Assembly (NCBI RefSeq): GCF_006345805.1
Contig: NC_042998.1
Span: 29,326,001 to 29,390,000 of the forward strand
From: Octopus sinensis
Lineage: Eukaryota
Direction of reading: 5' to 3'
Length of the DNA: 64,000 bases
Positions 1 to 13,475 of this stretch are shown piece after piece; within the stretch, counting starts at the first letter, position 1, and every line of letters begins with the position of its first letter. Made by a program: the position numbers and the translations under genes. Below the pieces are notes generated by a model. That model saw only the letters and a program-made list of their open reading frames with translations, was not told where the DNA came from and searched no databases.

Positions 1-550
1 GTCTGATAAATTAGGGGAGATAACTACTCCGAAATGCACACATCCATGATTCGGAGTAGGAAACACTTCGAGTTGATTTGGTGTATGTACACTTATTAGT
101 CAACAGCGAGAAAACTTTCTGCACGACAAAAATACTATGAATGACTTTCTTGCGGTGTTGAATATGCCTCAAGCATGTCTGACCTCGTAACAAGTTTATA
201 GATTTATATTATACACGCTTGAAATAGAGATTTTAATAACGATGTGTACGTTGTTCAGAACATGTTCATGCTCACACAAATCTAGAGTGGCAATCGATCT
301 TAATTTAGTCTCAGAGTACAATTTCTCACATAGAATTTTGTGTTTACCGTTTTACTGTTTTACTTGTTTCAGTCATTTGAGTGCGGTCATGCTGGAGCAC
401 CGCCTTTAGTCGAGCAAATCGACCCCAGGACTTACTCTATGGAAGCCTAGTACTTATTCTATCGGTCTTTTTTTGCCGAACCGCTAAGTTACGGCGACGT
501 CAACACACCACCATCGGTTGTCAAGCGATGTTCGGAGGGGACAAACACAG

Positions 551-618
<68 letters not shown>

Positions 619-681
619 TTTGATAGGTTTCGGCCATTATTGACCCAGGCCATGTCTAACTTAATAGCACCACATGGTGCT

Positions 682-732
682 ATCCCACGACCGCGAATCC
701 GCTGCCCTAACCACTAGGCCATTGCGCTTCCA
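682..732 (-). mobile_element. tRNA-derived SINE head fragment (family C/D head)
   Basis: Reverse complement tggaagcgcaatggcctagtggttagggcagcggattcgcggtcgtgggat matches the heads near 17220-17273, 30340-30389 and 4180-4229. Confidence 0.75.
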
Positions 733-1080
733 CTATGTATGTATATATATCTCACAAGGGAAACATCGTTTAGCTTACTGTGTCCGAATCCCGTATATAT
801 CATGAAAATAGTGTTTTTAGTGACCTTCTGAGTCAGATTTTCACTCTCATTTCTAGCAATCACCTGTGCTATTTTGCACGCTCATGTATTAATGTGTGTA
901 TGTGTGCGTGTCTGTGTATGCATGTGTGTGTGTGTGTATGCGTGTGTGTGTGTGTGTGTTGTGTGTGTGTGTGTGATATATATCAACAATTGAGGGTAAA
1001 ATTAATTAGTTATTAATCAATTTCACCAAAGTAGTGTTCAGTATGTAAAAGGACCATTTAAGGCGAATTCAAAATATTAC

Positions 1081-1154
1081 ATTATATAATTAGGGCTTAG
1101 TAAAATAAACTACTTTGCCACGTGGCAAAGTAATTTATTTTACTAAGCCCTAAT

Positions 1155-1162
<8 letters not shown>
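1081..1162. repeat. 82-bp near-perfect palindrome next to (TA)n
   Basis: attatataattagggcttagtaaaataaa-c-tactttgccacgtggcaaagta-a-tttattttactaagccctaattatataat; one mismatched pair, no loop. Confidence 0.95.
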
Positions 1163-1205
<43 letters not shown>

Positions 1206-2214
1206 CATATATACGACTGGCTTCTTTCAGTTTACGTCTACCAAATCCACTCACAAGGCTTTGGTTGGCCCGAGGCTATAGTAGAAGACACTTGCCCAAG
1301 GTGCCCCGCAGTGGGACTGAACCCGGTGTAAATGTGATGTAAATGATGCCAGTTGACTGTCAGACACCAAACTATTTCCCAAGTTTTGCCTTCGAAGTAA
1401 CTGATATTGCCTCGGTTGCTATGAAGTTCTGTTCTGATATCAAATCAGTAGACAAAACATTGGCTAAAATGTGTGAAAGTCACAATTTTTCGAGTACATT
1501 GACGTATTGCGATGACATGCACACACATACATACACACACGCCCGCGCACGACATAGAGTTCTGTCTTATGCTAGATGTCCTTCTATAATTTCTCTTGAC
1601 TACATTCTGAAGTAAGATGACAAAGTATTGAAAATATCCAGGTGAATAACTACTGAATCAGATTTACGTTACATTACATACACAGTTGCAACCAAAAGAG
1701 AGATAATTAAAAAGTTAACATGGAAAGCTCAATAAATGGCTGAATTCTGTCGATACCACCGAAGGAAAAAAATGGCGAAAGAAAAAAACTTATTTTTAAA
1801 ATCGTATTCAGATCATTTCTAGATTACTTAAATAACATTACTGACGCCGATCATTGCTTCGACTTCGACATTTATGCTTTCTCCTTCTTCCATATCTTGT
1901 CTTCGCTATCTCCTGGCATTTGTCGTTCTCGTGGTCTTTTTTTCTTTTTCTTTGTTATCATTTTTATTGTCGTCGATAAAGTGATGTGAAGCGAACTGGA
2001 AAAAATATCATCGAAGAGATATCAACATCTTTACTGAAGTTCTTTAACAAAACATTTGGACTAGTTCAGCAGATAAGTCAGAATGTATTGGTGGTGGCTT
2101 ACTAGTGTAGTTTCAATGTGCATCGCTAAGCATACTGTCTTTTTAAGAAGGTATGGCGTTTGTAGGATTGCATACTGACATACACACATTATTTATTTAT
2201 GTATGTATGTATGT

Positions 2215-2324
2215 CATTATTCAGTTTTATTTTAAGATTTCTTGCCAATAGAGAAAGAGCCGGTTTCTAACCTAGATCCAAGGCTCTTTTATTGGAGTTT
2301 CAGCAACATCAGCAAGGTATTTCT
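2215..2324 (-). mobile_element. Short 3'-end fragment related to the R4/Dong-like LINE, embedded in (TATG)n
   Basis: gagaaagagccggtttctaacctagatccaaggctct aligns with gaggaaggagccggtttccaacaaaggtacaaggctcc at ~48185-48225; TATG repeats on both sides. Confidence 0.6.
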
Positions 2325-2447
2325 GTATGTATGTATGTATGTATGTATGTATGTATGTATGTATGTATGTGTGTATGTATGTGTGTATGTGTGCATGTGT
2401 GTATGTATGTATGTATGAATGTAAGTAATATGATTGTGGCTGAGTCA

Positions 2448-2605
2448 TTTTAAGGGAGACATAAACGGCACCACATTCATTAGTTTAGGAGAATTTTGTG
2501 AATGTCATGGGTACAACCTCATCTTCTACACCAAACCAATAACATATTAAACGCAAAAATCACAAACACGCACACACACAATTATACATATATACATACA
2601 CACGC
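2448..2605 (+). repeat. Diverged direct repeat (~150 bp), second copy at ~4237-4385
   Basis: Shared ttgtgaatgtcatggg(t/g)acaacctcatcttctacaccaaac...acgcaaaa...acaattatacatata. Confidence 0.85.
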
Positions 2606-3544
2606 AATGAAAGAGTACTCCGCCTTGAAGCACGAGAACTGGAACCAGTGTGCGATCAAAAACTGGCAGAAAGCGGGCTTCAAATGAGCAACAAAATGGT
2701 CTCGACCTTGAATGTTTGACTGCTCTTCTTGTATCCTGACGAATAAAGCAAATAAGTCACAAAAATATTACAAAATATTTGAGTTAACAAAATATTCTTC
2801 GAAAATTTTGCAATTCACTGTAATTACACAACCGTCTACGTAACTATTATAACATGCTTGTATTCGCAAGTGAAACACATGTAAAGATTATATAATTTAT
2901 GCTATGATAGAAAATAAGCAATGTTTCATATTGCTCTAGGTTTACATACATACGTACATACATGCATACACAGATACATACAAACATACATACGCACACA
3001 CACATACACACAAGCACAGACAAAAACGCACTGACACAAGCAATTTCTGTTAGTAGTAATGAATACGTGACGATAAATCGATACCTTGTAGACTATAAAA
3101 ATTCATTTCGGCTGACTCAGTTCTGTATTCCTTGGAGATTTCTCGACGCGTAGCCAGTTTAAAGGAAAGGACAAGCTAGAATAAATAATGTGGAATGAAA
3201 ATGAAGCTGTGGGAAGATGAAGCAGCGAATCGTGACTTGTCTTCACATCAGTATCAGTTTTGATATTTCGATCTAGTTTTGATAAGTCTTTCCCCATCTC
3301 AATCCACCATCGAACTATTTCACGAATTCTGTATTTCATTATCAAACTCTTTAATAGCACGTCATAATTCACTGGTTTATCTTCCCACTACTTCACTTCC
3401 ACACCACAATCACTGCTTCACTGCTGGTATTTCTAATTTCAGAGAAATGATTTGAAGTTGTCTCCCCAATTACAATCTGTCCAATTTTTCCTATTTCACT
3501 TCTCCCATGGCGTTTTCTCTTTTTATATTGATTTCAAAGTTTAG

Positions 3545-3743
3545 CACAAGGCAGTCAGTTCGGATGAGAGGCTTAAGTCGATTACATCGACTCCACTGCA
3601 CAACTGATACTAATTTCATCAACCCCGAAACGATGAAAGGTATTGACAGCCTCAGCGAAATTTGAACTCAAAACGTAAAGACGGACGAAATACTGCTAAG
3701 CGTTTTGCCAGACGTGCTAACGATTCTGCCAGCTCACCGCCTA
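3545..3743 (-). mobile_element. SINE family B2, diverged
   Basis: Reverse complement has aggcggtgagctggcagaatcgttagcacgtctggcaaaacgcttagcag head and atcctt/tcgatgtaatcgactt body. Confidence 0.8.
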
Positions 3744-3957
3744 TTTCTGTTTATATATTGACTTATATTGGCTCATAGTCAATGTCTTCAGTTGACCGTG
3801 ATGCCAGTAAATGATCAGCCAATCATACGGCCTGCATACCACGCGTCCAATCGTCCAGTTCATTAACTAAAACGCCCATTCCTTCCTCCCCACAATAGTG
3901 GATCTTTCGAAATCCCTCCCTCCACTTGTTTTTCTGGTGGTCGTTGTATTGCAACTA

Positions 3958-4229
3958 TTTTATTGTTTGTTCCTTCTCGAGCCACGCCTGGCTCATAGTG
4001 CCTGTTTCCCGGTTTCCTTGGCGTATAGGTTCCTCACCTGGACGGGACATCGGTCCGTCGCCGGTGAGTTGCAAGATGCAGGTGAGAAGTTTGCCATTAC
4101 CTTCTGCTGGAGCCGCGTAGAGCTTAGGTGTTTCGCTCATAAATACACACATCGCCCGGTCTGAGATTCGAGCACACGATCCCTCGACCACGAGTCCGCT
4201 GCTCTAACAACTAGGCCATGTGCCTCCAC
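3958..4229 (-). mobile_element. SINE family D (tRNA head, V-domain-like centre, ggctcgagaaggaac tail)
   Basis: Head gtggaggcacatggcctagttgttagagcagcggactcg shared with family C; different body (gacggaccgatgtcccgtccagg); tail aaacaataaaa. Confidence 0.7.
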
Positions 4230-4329
4230 GCAACTATTTTAAAGGGTACATAAACAACATCACTTTCATCAGTCTAGAACTTGTGAATGTCATGGGGACA
4301 ACCTCATCTTCTACACCAAACAACATATA

Positions 4330-4670
4330 CAACGCAAAATCACACACACACATACATACAATTATACATATACACACGCACACAATTATACATATATATA
4401 TACACATGCAAACTCATACACACACATACACACAATTATACATATACACACACACAATTATACATATATACATACACACGCAAAATCACACATACACACA
4501 CACAATTATACATATATACATACACACGCAAAATCACACACACACATACACACAATTATACATATACACACACACACACACAATTATACATATATACATA
4601 TACACGCAAAATCACACACACACAATTACACACATACACACACATATTTAAATATATACATACACATACA
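4330..4670 (+). repeat. CA-rich minisatellite with recurring acacaattatacatatatacatacacgcaaaatcac units
   Basis: acacaattata recurs about 7 times and cgcaaaatcac 4 times. Confidence 0.85.
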
Positions 4671-4734
4671 TCATAAAATACAAAGCAAATCATTTTGCTT
4701 TTGTTTATATAAGTGGGATATGTATGTCAGAGAT

Positions 4735-4767
<33 letters not shown>

Positions 4768-4890
4768 AAGAGAGAGAGAGAGAGAGGGAAAGAGAGAGAA
4801 GGAGAGAAAGCAGAAAAAAGAAAAAGAAATCATATGTGTGTATGTGCGTGTGTGTTTGTGTGTGTGTATGGGTATGTGTGTGCGTGTATT
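4735..4890. repeat. (GA)n plus (GT)n-rich compound microsatellite
   Basis: Direct reading. Confidence 0.9.
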
Positions 4891-5624
4891 TGTATGTGTG
4901 TATTTGCTGACCTGCTGTATGGTAGAAGGCTTAAGATGTTTGCTTCAGATCCAAGAGATATCGGGTGCGATTTCATTGCATTGCTGCTTGGACAAATGCC
5001 ATCTTCTATAACCTCGGTTCAACCCGTATGTTGCGGGGGAAATTAGGTCAACGGAAACTTTATAGAAGCCCATCAAGTGGATTGTACGAGAGACTCAAAA
5101 TGCACAGCGTTCTCTCTCTCTTTCTCATTTTCTTCCTCTTACTCTCCCTCTCACACACATCGACACCAACACACACTACGCCATATTTTCAGATCTTGTC
5201 CCGACAAAAAGACAGGATTATATGTATTGAAGTGTTAGTGTAAAATGCTTTACTAGTGTAACTAGAAATTTCGTGATTATGTCAAACGTAAAGCTAATAA
5301 CTGTTTCTTCCCTGTTCTGCTCTGGGGTGTGTTTTCCTTATACATAACATCTTACGTTCATTCTTACGTTAATTCTTATTGATTCAGGTGTGGCCTTTAT
5401 AATGATGTTCATTTCTGAGAAAAGATTAGAATATCTACGATATATGCCCTTTACAACTTTCGTACATACGGGTGGGGTTCTTTGCTGTTTTGGAGCATAT
5501 ATATGTATATTTATCTATTTTTATTTATTTATTCGTGTGATTGTGTATGTATGTGTTTGTATGTATATACATAAATAATACATGCATACACACGCACACA
5601 CCCATATACGTATATATATATGTA

Positions 5625-5850
5625 TGTATGAATAATCCATTGTAACTGAAAGGCACCACTTTCCAATAGTTACTGGTTTCCGATCATCAGACGATAAACT
5701 GAACCTGATTTTCTTTTGAATATCCACTGTCTGAATATGTTTGAAATAGGAAATGAAGGTTTTGAAGGCTTATCAGCCGATGATCAGAAACGAGTAGCTC
5801 TGAATCCGGTAAATCGGAGCTTTTCTGTTATAATGGATCAAAGAATACTC
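5625..5850. mobile_element. Diverged inverted-repeat element between microsatellites; possible Penelope-like terminal remnant
   Basis: Reverse complement of the left arm (ttatcgtctgatgatcggaaaccagtaact...ttacaatggat) resembles the right arm (ttatcagccgatgatcagaaacgagtagct...ttataatggat). Confidence 0.45.
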
Positions 5851-5902
5851 TGCTTTCCTATTGTGTCCTGTAATTCATCGCTTCTGGTGAATCAACAGCA
5901 GT

Positions 5903-6020
<118 letters not shown>

Positions 6021-6189
6021 AGCAGAGTTAGCGTTTATAATAACCGACTAAGGGTTAAAATATCCGTATATACTATCGGTATCAGCTACCCGTGTTATCT
6101 CTGGGCATGGGTATGCAGGCACACTACGCTCGTAGAGAACAGGTAACAATAGAATAAGCAAAAGTTTATCAGGAATCAAATAGGAATAA

Positions 6190-6686
6190 CCAGAAAATGG
6201 AGAAAACCTCAGAGCAACAAACAACACAATTGGACCACATCTAAAGCTTATTATTTGATACAAAACATGACATAACATTAATGTCACATAACAATTCTTA
6301 CGGCCGTTTCTACTTCCGACGCCAATCAGTGCCTACAAAGAATTGCGAAAATAATATTTTTTTTCATCTTCATTGGACATTCGAACTAAAACACTGAGCT
6401 TCATCAGAGTTAATACAAAAGCGTCCAAGTAAACAAGGAAATAAGAAAGAAAAGCATGGCCTAGAGAAGTCTGGAAGCCCAATATATTAATAACATACAC
6501 ACTGCTACCATAGGGCTTCGAAGGCCGTAGGTAAAAGAGTCTCTTTTACTGATTGGCATCGGAAGCGGAAACGGCCGTAAGAATTGTTATCTCACATAAA
6601 TGTTATGTCATGTTTTGTATTAAATAATAAGCTTTAGATGTAGTCCAGTTGTGTTGTTTGTTCTGAGATTTTCTCCATTTTCTGAT
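6190..6686. mobile_element. Element with ~140-bp inverted arms (6190-6330 / 6549-6686) between TA tracts; Penelope-like terminal remnant suspected
   Basis: Arms are clearly complementary with scattered differences (ctaaagcttattatttgatacaaaacatgacataac vs gttatgtcatgttttgtattaaataataagctttag); family assignment is inference. Confidence 0.65.
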
Positions 6687-6721
<35 letters not shown>

Positions 6722-7132
6722 GTGTGTGTGTGTGTGTGTGTGTATACATATATAATATCTTGATATTATGTCACTGCTAAGAAGTTGGCTGGCATTAGGT
6801 TAATGCTTATAGTTATCTTCAATTCAAACACATTAATTATTCCAATGAAATATATTCATATTCTGTTCATGGTATAGTTAGGTAATTAAGTTTAAAACCA
6901 GTGTTATTTCTAAGAAGTTGGCAATCATTAAGTTTGTGCTAATGGATTATAATTAAGTCAAACACATTAAATTTTCTAATTAAATGTTTTCAAAATCTCT
7001 CCAGGGTATAGCTTTCCTCATTGTATGAGATTACTAAGCAATCGTCACTGTACTTTCTGGATATGTCTGTAGGTTTGGAGCTCAATGCTGACGAATAAAT
7101 TGTTAAAACTATTCTTAAATTTAAAGATAGCT

Positions 7133-7545
7133 ATAAGGCATGTTTAGCGGCATTTTGTCCGTCTTTACGTTCTGCGTTCAAATTCCGCCGAGGTCGACTT
7201 TACATTTCATCCTTTCAATGTCGCGAAAATAAATACCAGTTAAGTACTGGTGTCAATGTAATCGATTAACCCCTCCCTCGAATTTACTGATCTTGGGATG
7301 AAATTTGAACTTAATATAAGTCAATATGAAAAAAGGAAATGGCGACAAACTGGCAGAATTGTTAACACTCCGGGCAAAATGATTATCGGCATTTCGTCCG
7401 TCTTTACATTCTGCGTTCAAATTCCGCCGAGATCAGCATTGTCTTACATCCTCACAGAATCCATAAAATAAGCACCGTTGAACACCGGGATCGATGTATT
7501 CGACCTACTTCGTCTCCAAATTTGCTGATCTTGTACCAAAATTAT
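7133..7545 (+). mobile_element. Two adjacent diverged SINE B2 copies
   Basis: Two occurrences of gtccgtcttta c(g/a)ttctgcgttcaaattccgccgag each followed by the family body. Confidence 0.8.
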
Positions 7546-8811
7546 AGAGAGGTTTTCTTTAATCTCACGAGATCGACAAAATCGGCACCATCATAACACT
7601 TCTCTTTTTTATTTACAAAAACAGCCCTTAAGTTATAACACTGGCTTCCTAGCATTTGTTATTATCTCGTAGCCTGCTGGTCACTTGAAGAGGTCTCAAG
7701 AAAACTGATTTTGCTATTAAAGAATAAAAGTTCCCAGTGTTGGATTGGATGTATGTATCGCGCGTTTTTCAAATATCTACAAGATATAAGCTCACAACTG
7801 TATTCAAATGAAGCATCGCAAGCAGGAAGCGCAGAAAAGACAGTTCAGTATATCTGTGTTTATTAAAAAGTTAATTTACATAATTTTTTACTGATTTAAT
7901 CAGACGAGGAAGGACAGTTCAAATAAATTTTTCAAGTGCCTTCGATAATGATTGAGGAAAAAGTTCTTCTCAGCTTGAAGATTTGGCTTAAAGCAGCGAT
8001 CTCCACTAAATTGAACGTAAGGGCACAGCATCTAAGTGTTGTCTAAGTGAGTGACAACTTAACCATATCACCCAAAACAGGTACGATCTATTCAACAGCT
8101 TTCTTAATCAGAGTTTATACCATTAAAAATAATTGTGCACTGTGATGGAATCCCAAATCACCTATTTGCGATGTAAAATTCTTAAACACGCAGTCATGAA
8201 GCAATAAATGTTCACGAGTCAAGAATCAAGAAAATAAAAATCTTGTTACTCTCCTATAAAAAATAGCAATTTCAAATTTAGTTGAGTATTAGGTGCTGAC
8301 AGAGGAATAAAATATTTGATATCGATTAGAGTTGAAACCGGTCAGCAAGCAGTTTATAATAAAATTTACACTGCTTATATGAAATATCTATGTAAAGTTG
8401 AAGGCTGATACCCTGACTAATATAATCGTATATCACAATTCACTTGTACAATGTTATACTCACCATCATGGGCGCAGGCAAAGCTGGGTTATTCAAGATA
8501 TTCACTTCCCAACAGTGTTTAAAATGTCCGTCCCATAGCTTCGTACATTAGGTAAATGTTCTCTAATACACACTCGCATTGTTAAGAATTCGCTAACAAA
8601 GAAGGTTTTCATATTTGAAATAGATAATATTCATTTCAACATATCCGTATATATCAGGCTCAGAACCCTTAGGCATGACAGGACAAGAATAGACAAGTAA
8701 TGAACAAAATTTCGAAAACACAGCAGGATAATGGCTTCATAAAGAAGACGTTAGCTTAGTGAATTCATGTCTGTTCATCGATTAAAATGTCAAACCTATT
8801 TAAGGGCAGAA

Positions 8812-9137
8812 GTGAGGGCGCACGGCTAAGTGATTAAGTTATTCATCTCAAGAAGGTAAGACCGTGTGTTCGATACGTGATAGCGCATTTTATCCTCAAG
8901 CAAGAAACTTTATTTCGCTTTGCTCGAGTCTATTCAGCTTGCAAAAATGAGTTCTACCTGTATTTCAAATGACCACCCTTATCAAATTCTGTGTCACGCT
9001 GAATCTCCCTAGGAACATCGTTAAAGGTACGTGTGTCTGCGGTGTGCTCAGCCACTTGCACGTTATTTTCTCGAGCAGGCTGTTCCATTGACTGGATCAA
9101 CTGAAATCGGCTTCATCGTAACCGACGGAGTGCCCGT
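8812..9137 (+). mobile_element. SINE family E: family-C central domain/tail with a different tRNA-like head
   Basis: gtcacgctgaatctccc...gtgctcagccacttgcacg...gagcaggctgttcc...aaccgacggagtgcc matches family C; upstream head (ggctaagtgattaag...gtgttcgatac) differs. Confidence 0.7.
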
Positions 9138-9934
9138 TTTTCTCTTTTATTTTTGTAAAGACAAACCACTTTGATGAAGATAAAACAACACTCAGCACTT
9201 ATGGATTCTTCCGCGGTAAAACTGAACTAATTTCAAAACATAATTGAACTTATTCCACTCACTGTAAAATCAAATTATTATTTTCTCATGCGGCTGTGAA
9301 TGAGAAGAACTCAAGAATAACGTTTTGGTTTTGAATCAATAAATTAAAAGCAGTGTGAATAACAATCTGTGAGTTCAGAGGTTGCCAATAATTTAGTTTT
9401 CAATTTAATATTTCAGGTTGGCGACATTTATTTCAATATGTCTATAATAGTCGAAATGCTGTCATTTCTACTTATAACAAACGACAGTAATATTCATAAA
9501 ATGCCTGATAGAAAATAATACAAATAAGAGTAACTATGCGTAAAAATATATTGATTATTTAATGTCGCAAACAGGAAGTTCCATAGAACTTTTAACAACT
9601 GATTATTGCTGTTTAGCCCCAGGTTTGCCTTATTTGAGAGAAACCTATGTCTAAAATCTTGCCAGCCAAAACTATCCCGTTTTGTACCTATCAAGGAATA
9701 TTTTGTAGAGTAGCTCTATCTTTGAACAGGAAGCGTGGAGTTTGAAGGACATTCGACTACTATTTCTTGAAGATCGTGCAACCGTGTAGAGACTCCATCG
9801 TGACTATTTGAATCATATAAATTGCGATGTGTGTACACTGTTTAAAGTTCATTAACTGTTATTGTGCACGAGCTGTATGACTTCCTCTAATACATATAAT
9901 TTAATAAAGGATCCCTTGAGCTAAGTTCACTGTG

Positions 9935-10030
9935 AATGCATATGTGTGCGTGTGTGTATGCGTGAGTGTATATATATTTACATATACGCATACACACATA
10001 TATACATATACACACGCATGTATGGTTATA

Positions 10031-10093
<63 letters not shown>

Positions 10094-10140
10094 ATGTGTG
10101 TGTGTTTGTATATGTATGTATACACGTATGTATGTATGTA
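9935..10140. repeat. Compound TA/TG microsatellite
   Basis: Direct reading. Confidence 0.9.
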
Positions 10141-10313
10141 TTTATAAATAGCAATATCAGTACACAGTAATGTGCCTGCGTAGACGAAGCGGCGTGGGGG
10201 AGCATTCTGAAGGATACACGTACAATTTATATCGGCTCATTTTCCCTCTTTGTAAATGTAAGCTTTTGAAAGTCAGGTTAACTAACTAAAATTAACTTAA
10301 ACGCACTCACTCA

Positions 10314-10350
<37 letters not shown>

Positions 10351-10356
<6 letters not shown>

Positions 10357-10720
10357 AAAAAATAAGAAGGTTAGCAGCAGGCTGTTTCACCTCATACCGA
10401 AGGAATTAGAAATGGCAGTCAAAGACCGTTTTTCCAATTTCTATAAGTGGAGAATCCAAAAACGAAGGCCCTTACGGCTCACATACACAAAACCGGAGTG
10501 GCAAATATACGAAGTCAGTCACTTACCGTTAATAGCTATTAATGGTAAGTGACTGACTTCGTATATTTGCCACTCCGGTTTTGTGTATGTGAGCCGTAAG
10601 GGCCTTCGTTATTGGATTCTCCACTTATAGAAATTGGAAAAACGGTCTTTGACTGCCATTTCTAATTCCTTCGGTATGAGGTGAAACAGCCTGCTGCTAA
10701 CCTTCTTATTTTTTCTTTAC
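10351..10720. repeat. ~370-bp loopless palindrome (foldback) flanked by TA repeats
   Basis: Centre ttaatag|ctattaa at 10535/10536; ~185-bp arms differ at only about 3-4 positions. Confidence 0.97.
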
Positions 10721-10842
10721 TATATACTGAACCTTACAAAGGTCCTGACAATTAATTTGTCGTATTTACATACCGAAATTTTCCGGTAAATAATTGTTGG
10801 TTACATGAAAAACCACAGGAAAATTATTTACCATTTTTATTG

Positions 10843-10892
<50 letters not shown>

Positions 10893-11166
10893 TATATATA
10901 TATGTATATGTGTGTGTGTGTTGTGTGTACATATACAGCTACATATATTCAAACACATACACGCATACAAACACATATATAGATATATGTATATATATAT
11001 ATGTATATATATATATGTATATATACAAAATTTAAAGGACTTACCACTAAAAAATGGACTGCCTATATGCTAGATATAGACGTCAAAATCGCCATTTTCC
11101 ACGAAGAATGTGTTCTCAAGAACACATTCATATATATACATATATATATGTATATGTGTATATATA

Positions 11167-11198
<32 letters not shown>

Positions 11199-11199
11199 C

Positions 11200-11405
11200 T
11201 GTGTTGTCTGTGTTTGTCCCCCACTACACCGCTTGAAATTCGGTTTTGTATTATTTACGTCCCCTTAACTTAGCGGTTTCGTCAAAAGAGACCGGTAGAT
11301 TTTGAACGAGGCTTAAAAAATTTCTGCAGCCGTTTCGCTTCAAAGCAGCGCCCCAGCATGGCCGCAGTCTAATGACTCAAGCAAATAAAAGATAAAAAGA
11401 GAAAA
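11200..11405 (+). mobile_element. SINE family A, 3' half
   Basis: tgtttgtccccc...acgtcccc...aaaagagaccg...gccccagcatggccgcagtctaatgact...aaagataaaaag. Confidence 0.8.
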
Positions 11406-12139
11406 GATGAGGTTTTCTTCGGAAGATAATGCTAAAGCGGGCCTAGATTGCTTTGTAATTGAGATTAGTCCCTTTATATGGCATATTTAGCTAGAGCAAC
11501 CATTTTCTCTCCAGTAACTCGTCTTTCTGTATTTCTTCTATCTATCTATCTATCCGCTCAGTCGAAGTCGACTCTCGGTTACTCGATGGATCAGTGTCCT
11601 CTAGGCTACATGCTGTTTACCGAGATGACAACATTAGTAACAGCAATGTTCTGCCTCAATTCAAGAATGTTAAAGACAAGGAACACACCAAGGTAGACAA
11701 TGCAGTGGTTGATGCATTCACGCGATTCTCCAGCAAGTGGAGGCATTTTTTCGCGCACACACATATCAGATAGACGAGTCATTATCTGTGAGCTTGCGGC
11801 TAAGTAGATCGTGGTGAAAATCAATTAGAAAAGGTTTTGAGTCTCTAAACGGTTTATAATCAATTTATAGGAAAGACGTGTAGCAGTCAGTTTTGATGTC
11901 TCAAGAATGTCGTATTTTATACAAAAGATACCGGGCCACTTAAAAGTGAAGATTTGTGGAAGCAGATGAATTAGAGAGATATTATAAACTTAGATGAACT
12001 TAGATATGTTTCGACCAAAGATTAGTCCAGGCTATGTCTAACTTAATTTTGCCATCTGATAGGATTATCTAAACCCTGTTTAAGTCAAGTTTTGTTTATG
12101 TTCCATTCAAGTAGTGAGTTCTTAGTTCTTATTGAGTGA

Positions 12140-13475
<1,336 letters not shown>

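Larger units (their letters stand above)
350..1326 (-). mobile_element. SINE family A copy split at its internal microsatellite (3' half ~350-550, 5' part ~1209-1326) by ~520 bp of nested material
   Basis: Both parts are reverse complements of consecutive parts of the intact copy at 14971-15368 and abut (TA)n/(CA)n tracts. Confidence 0.8.

Noticed and set aside
3103-3372. 89-aa minus-strand ORF
   Set aside because: No motif or family recognised; length expected by chance.
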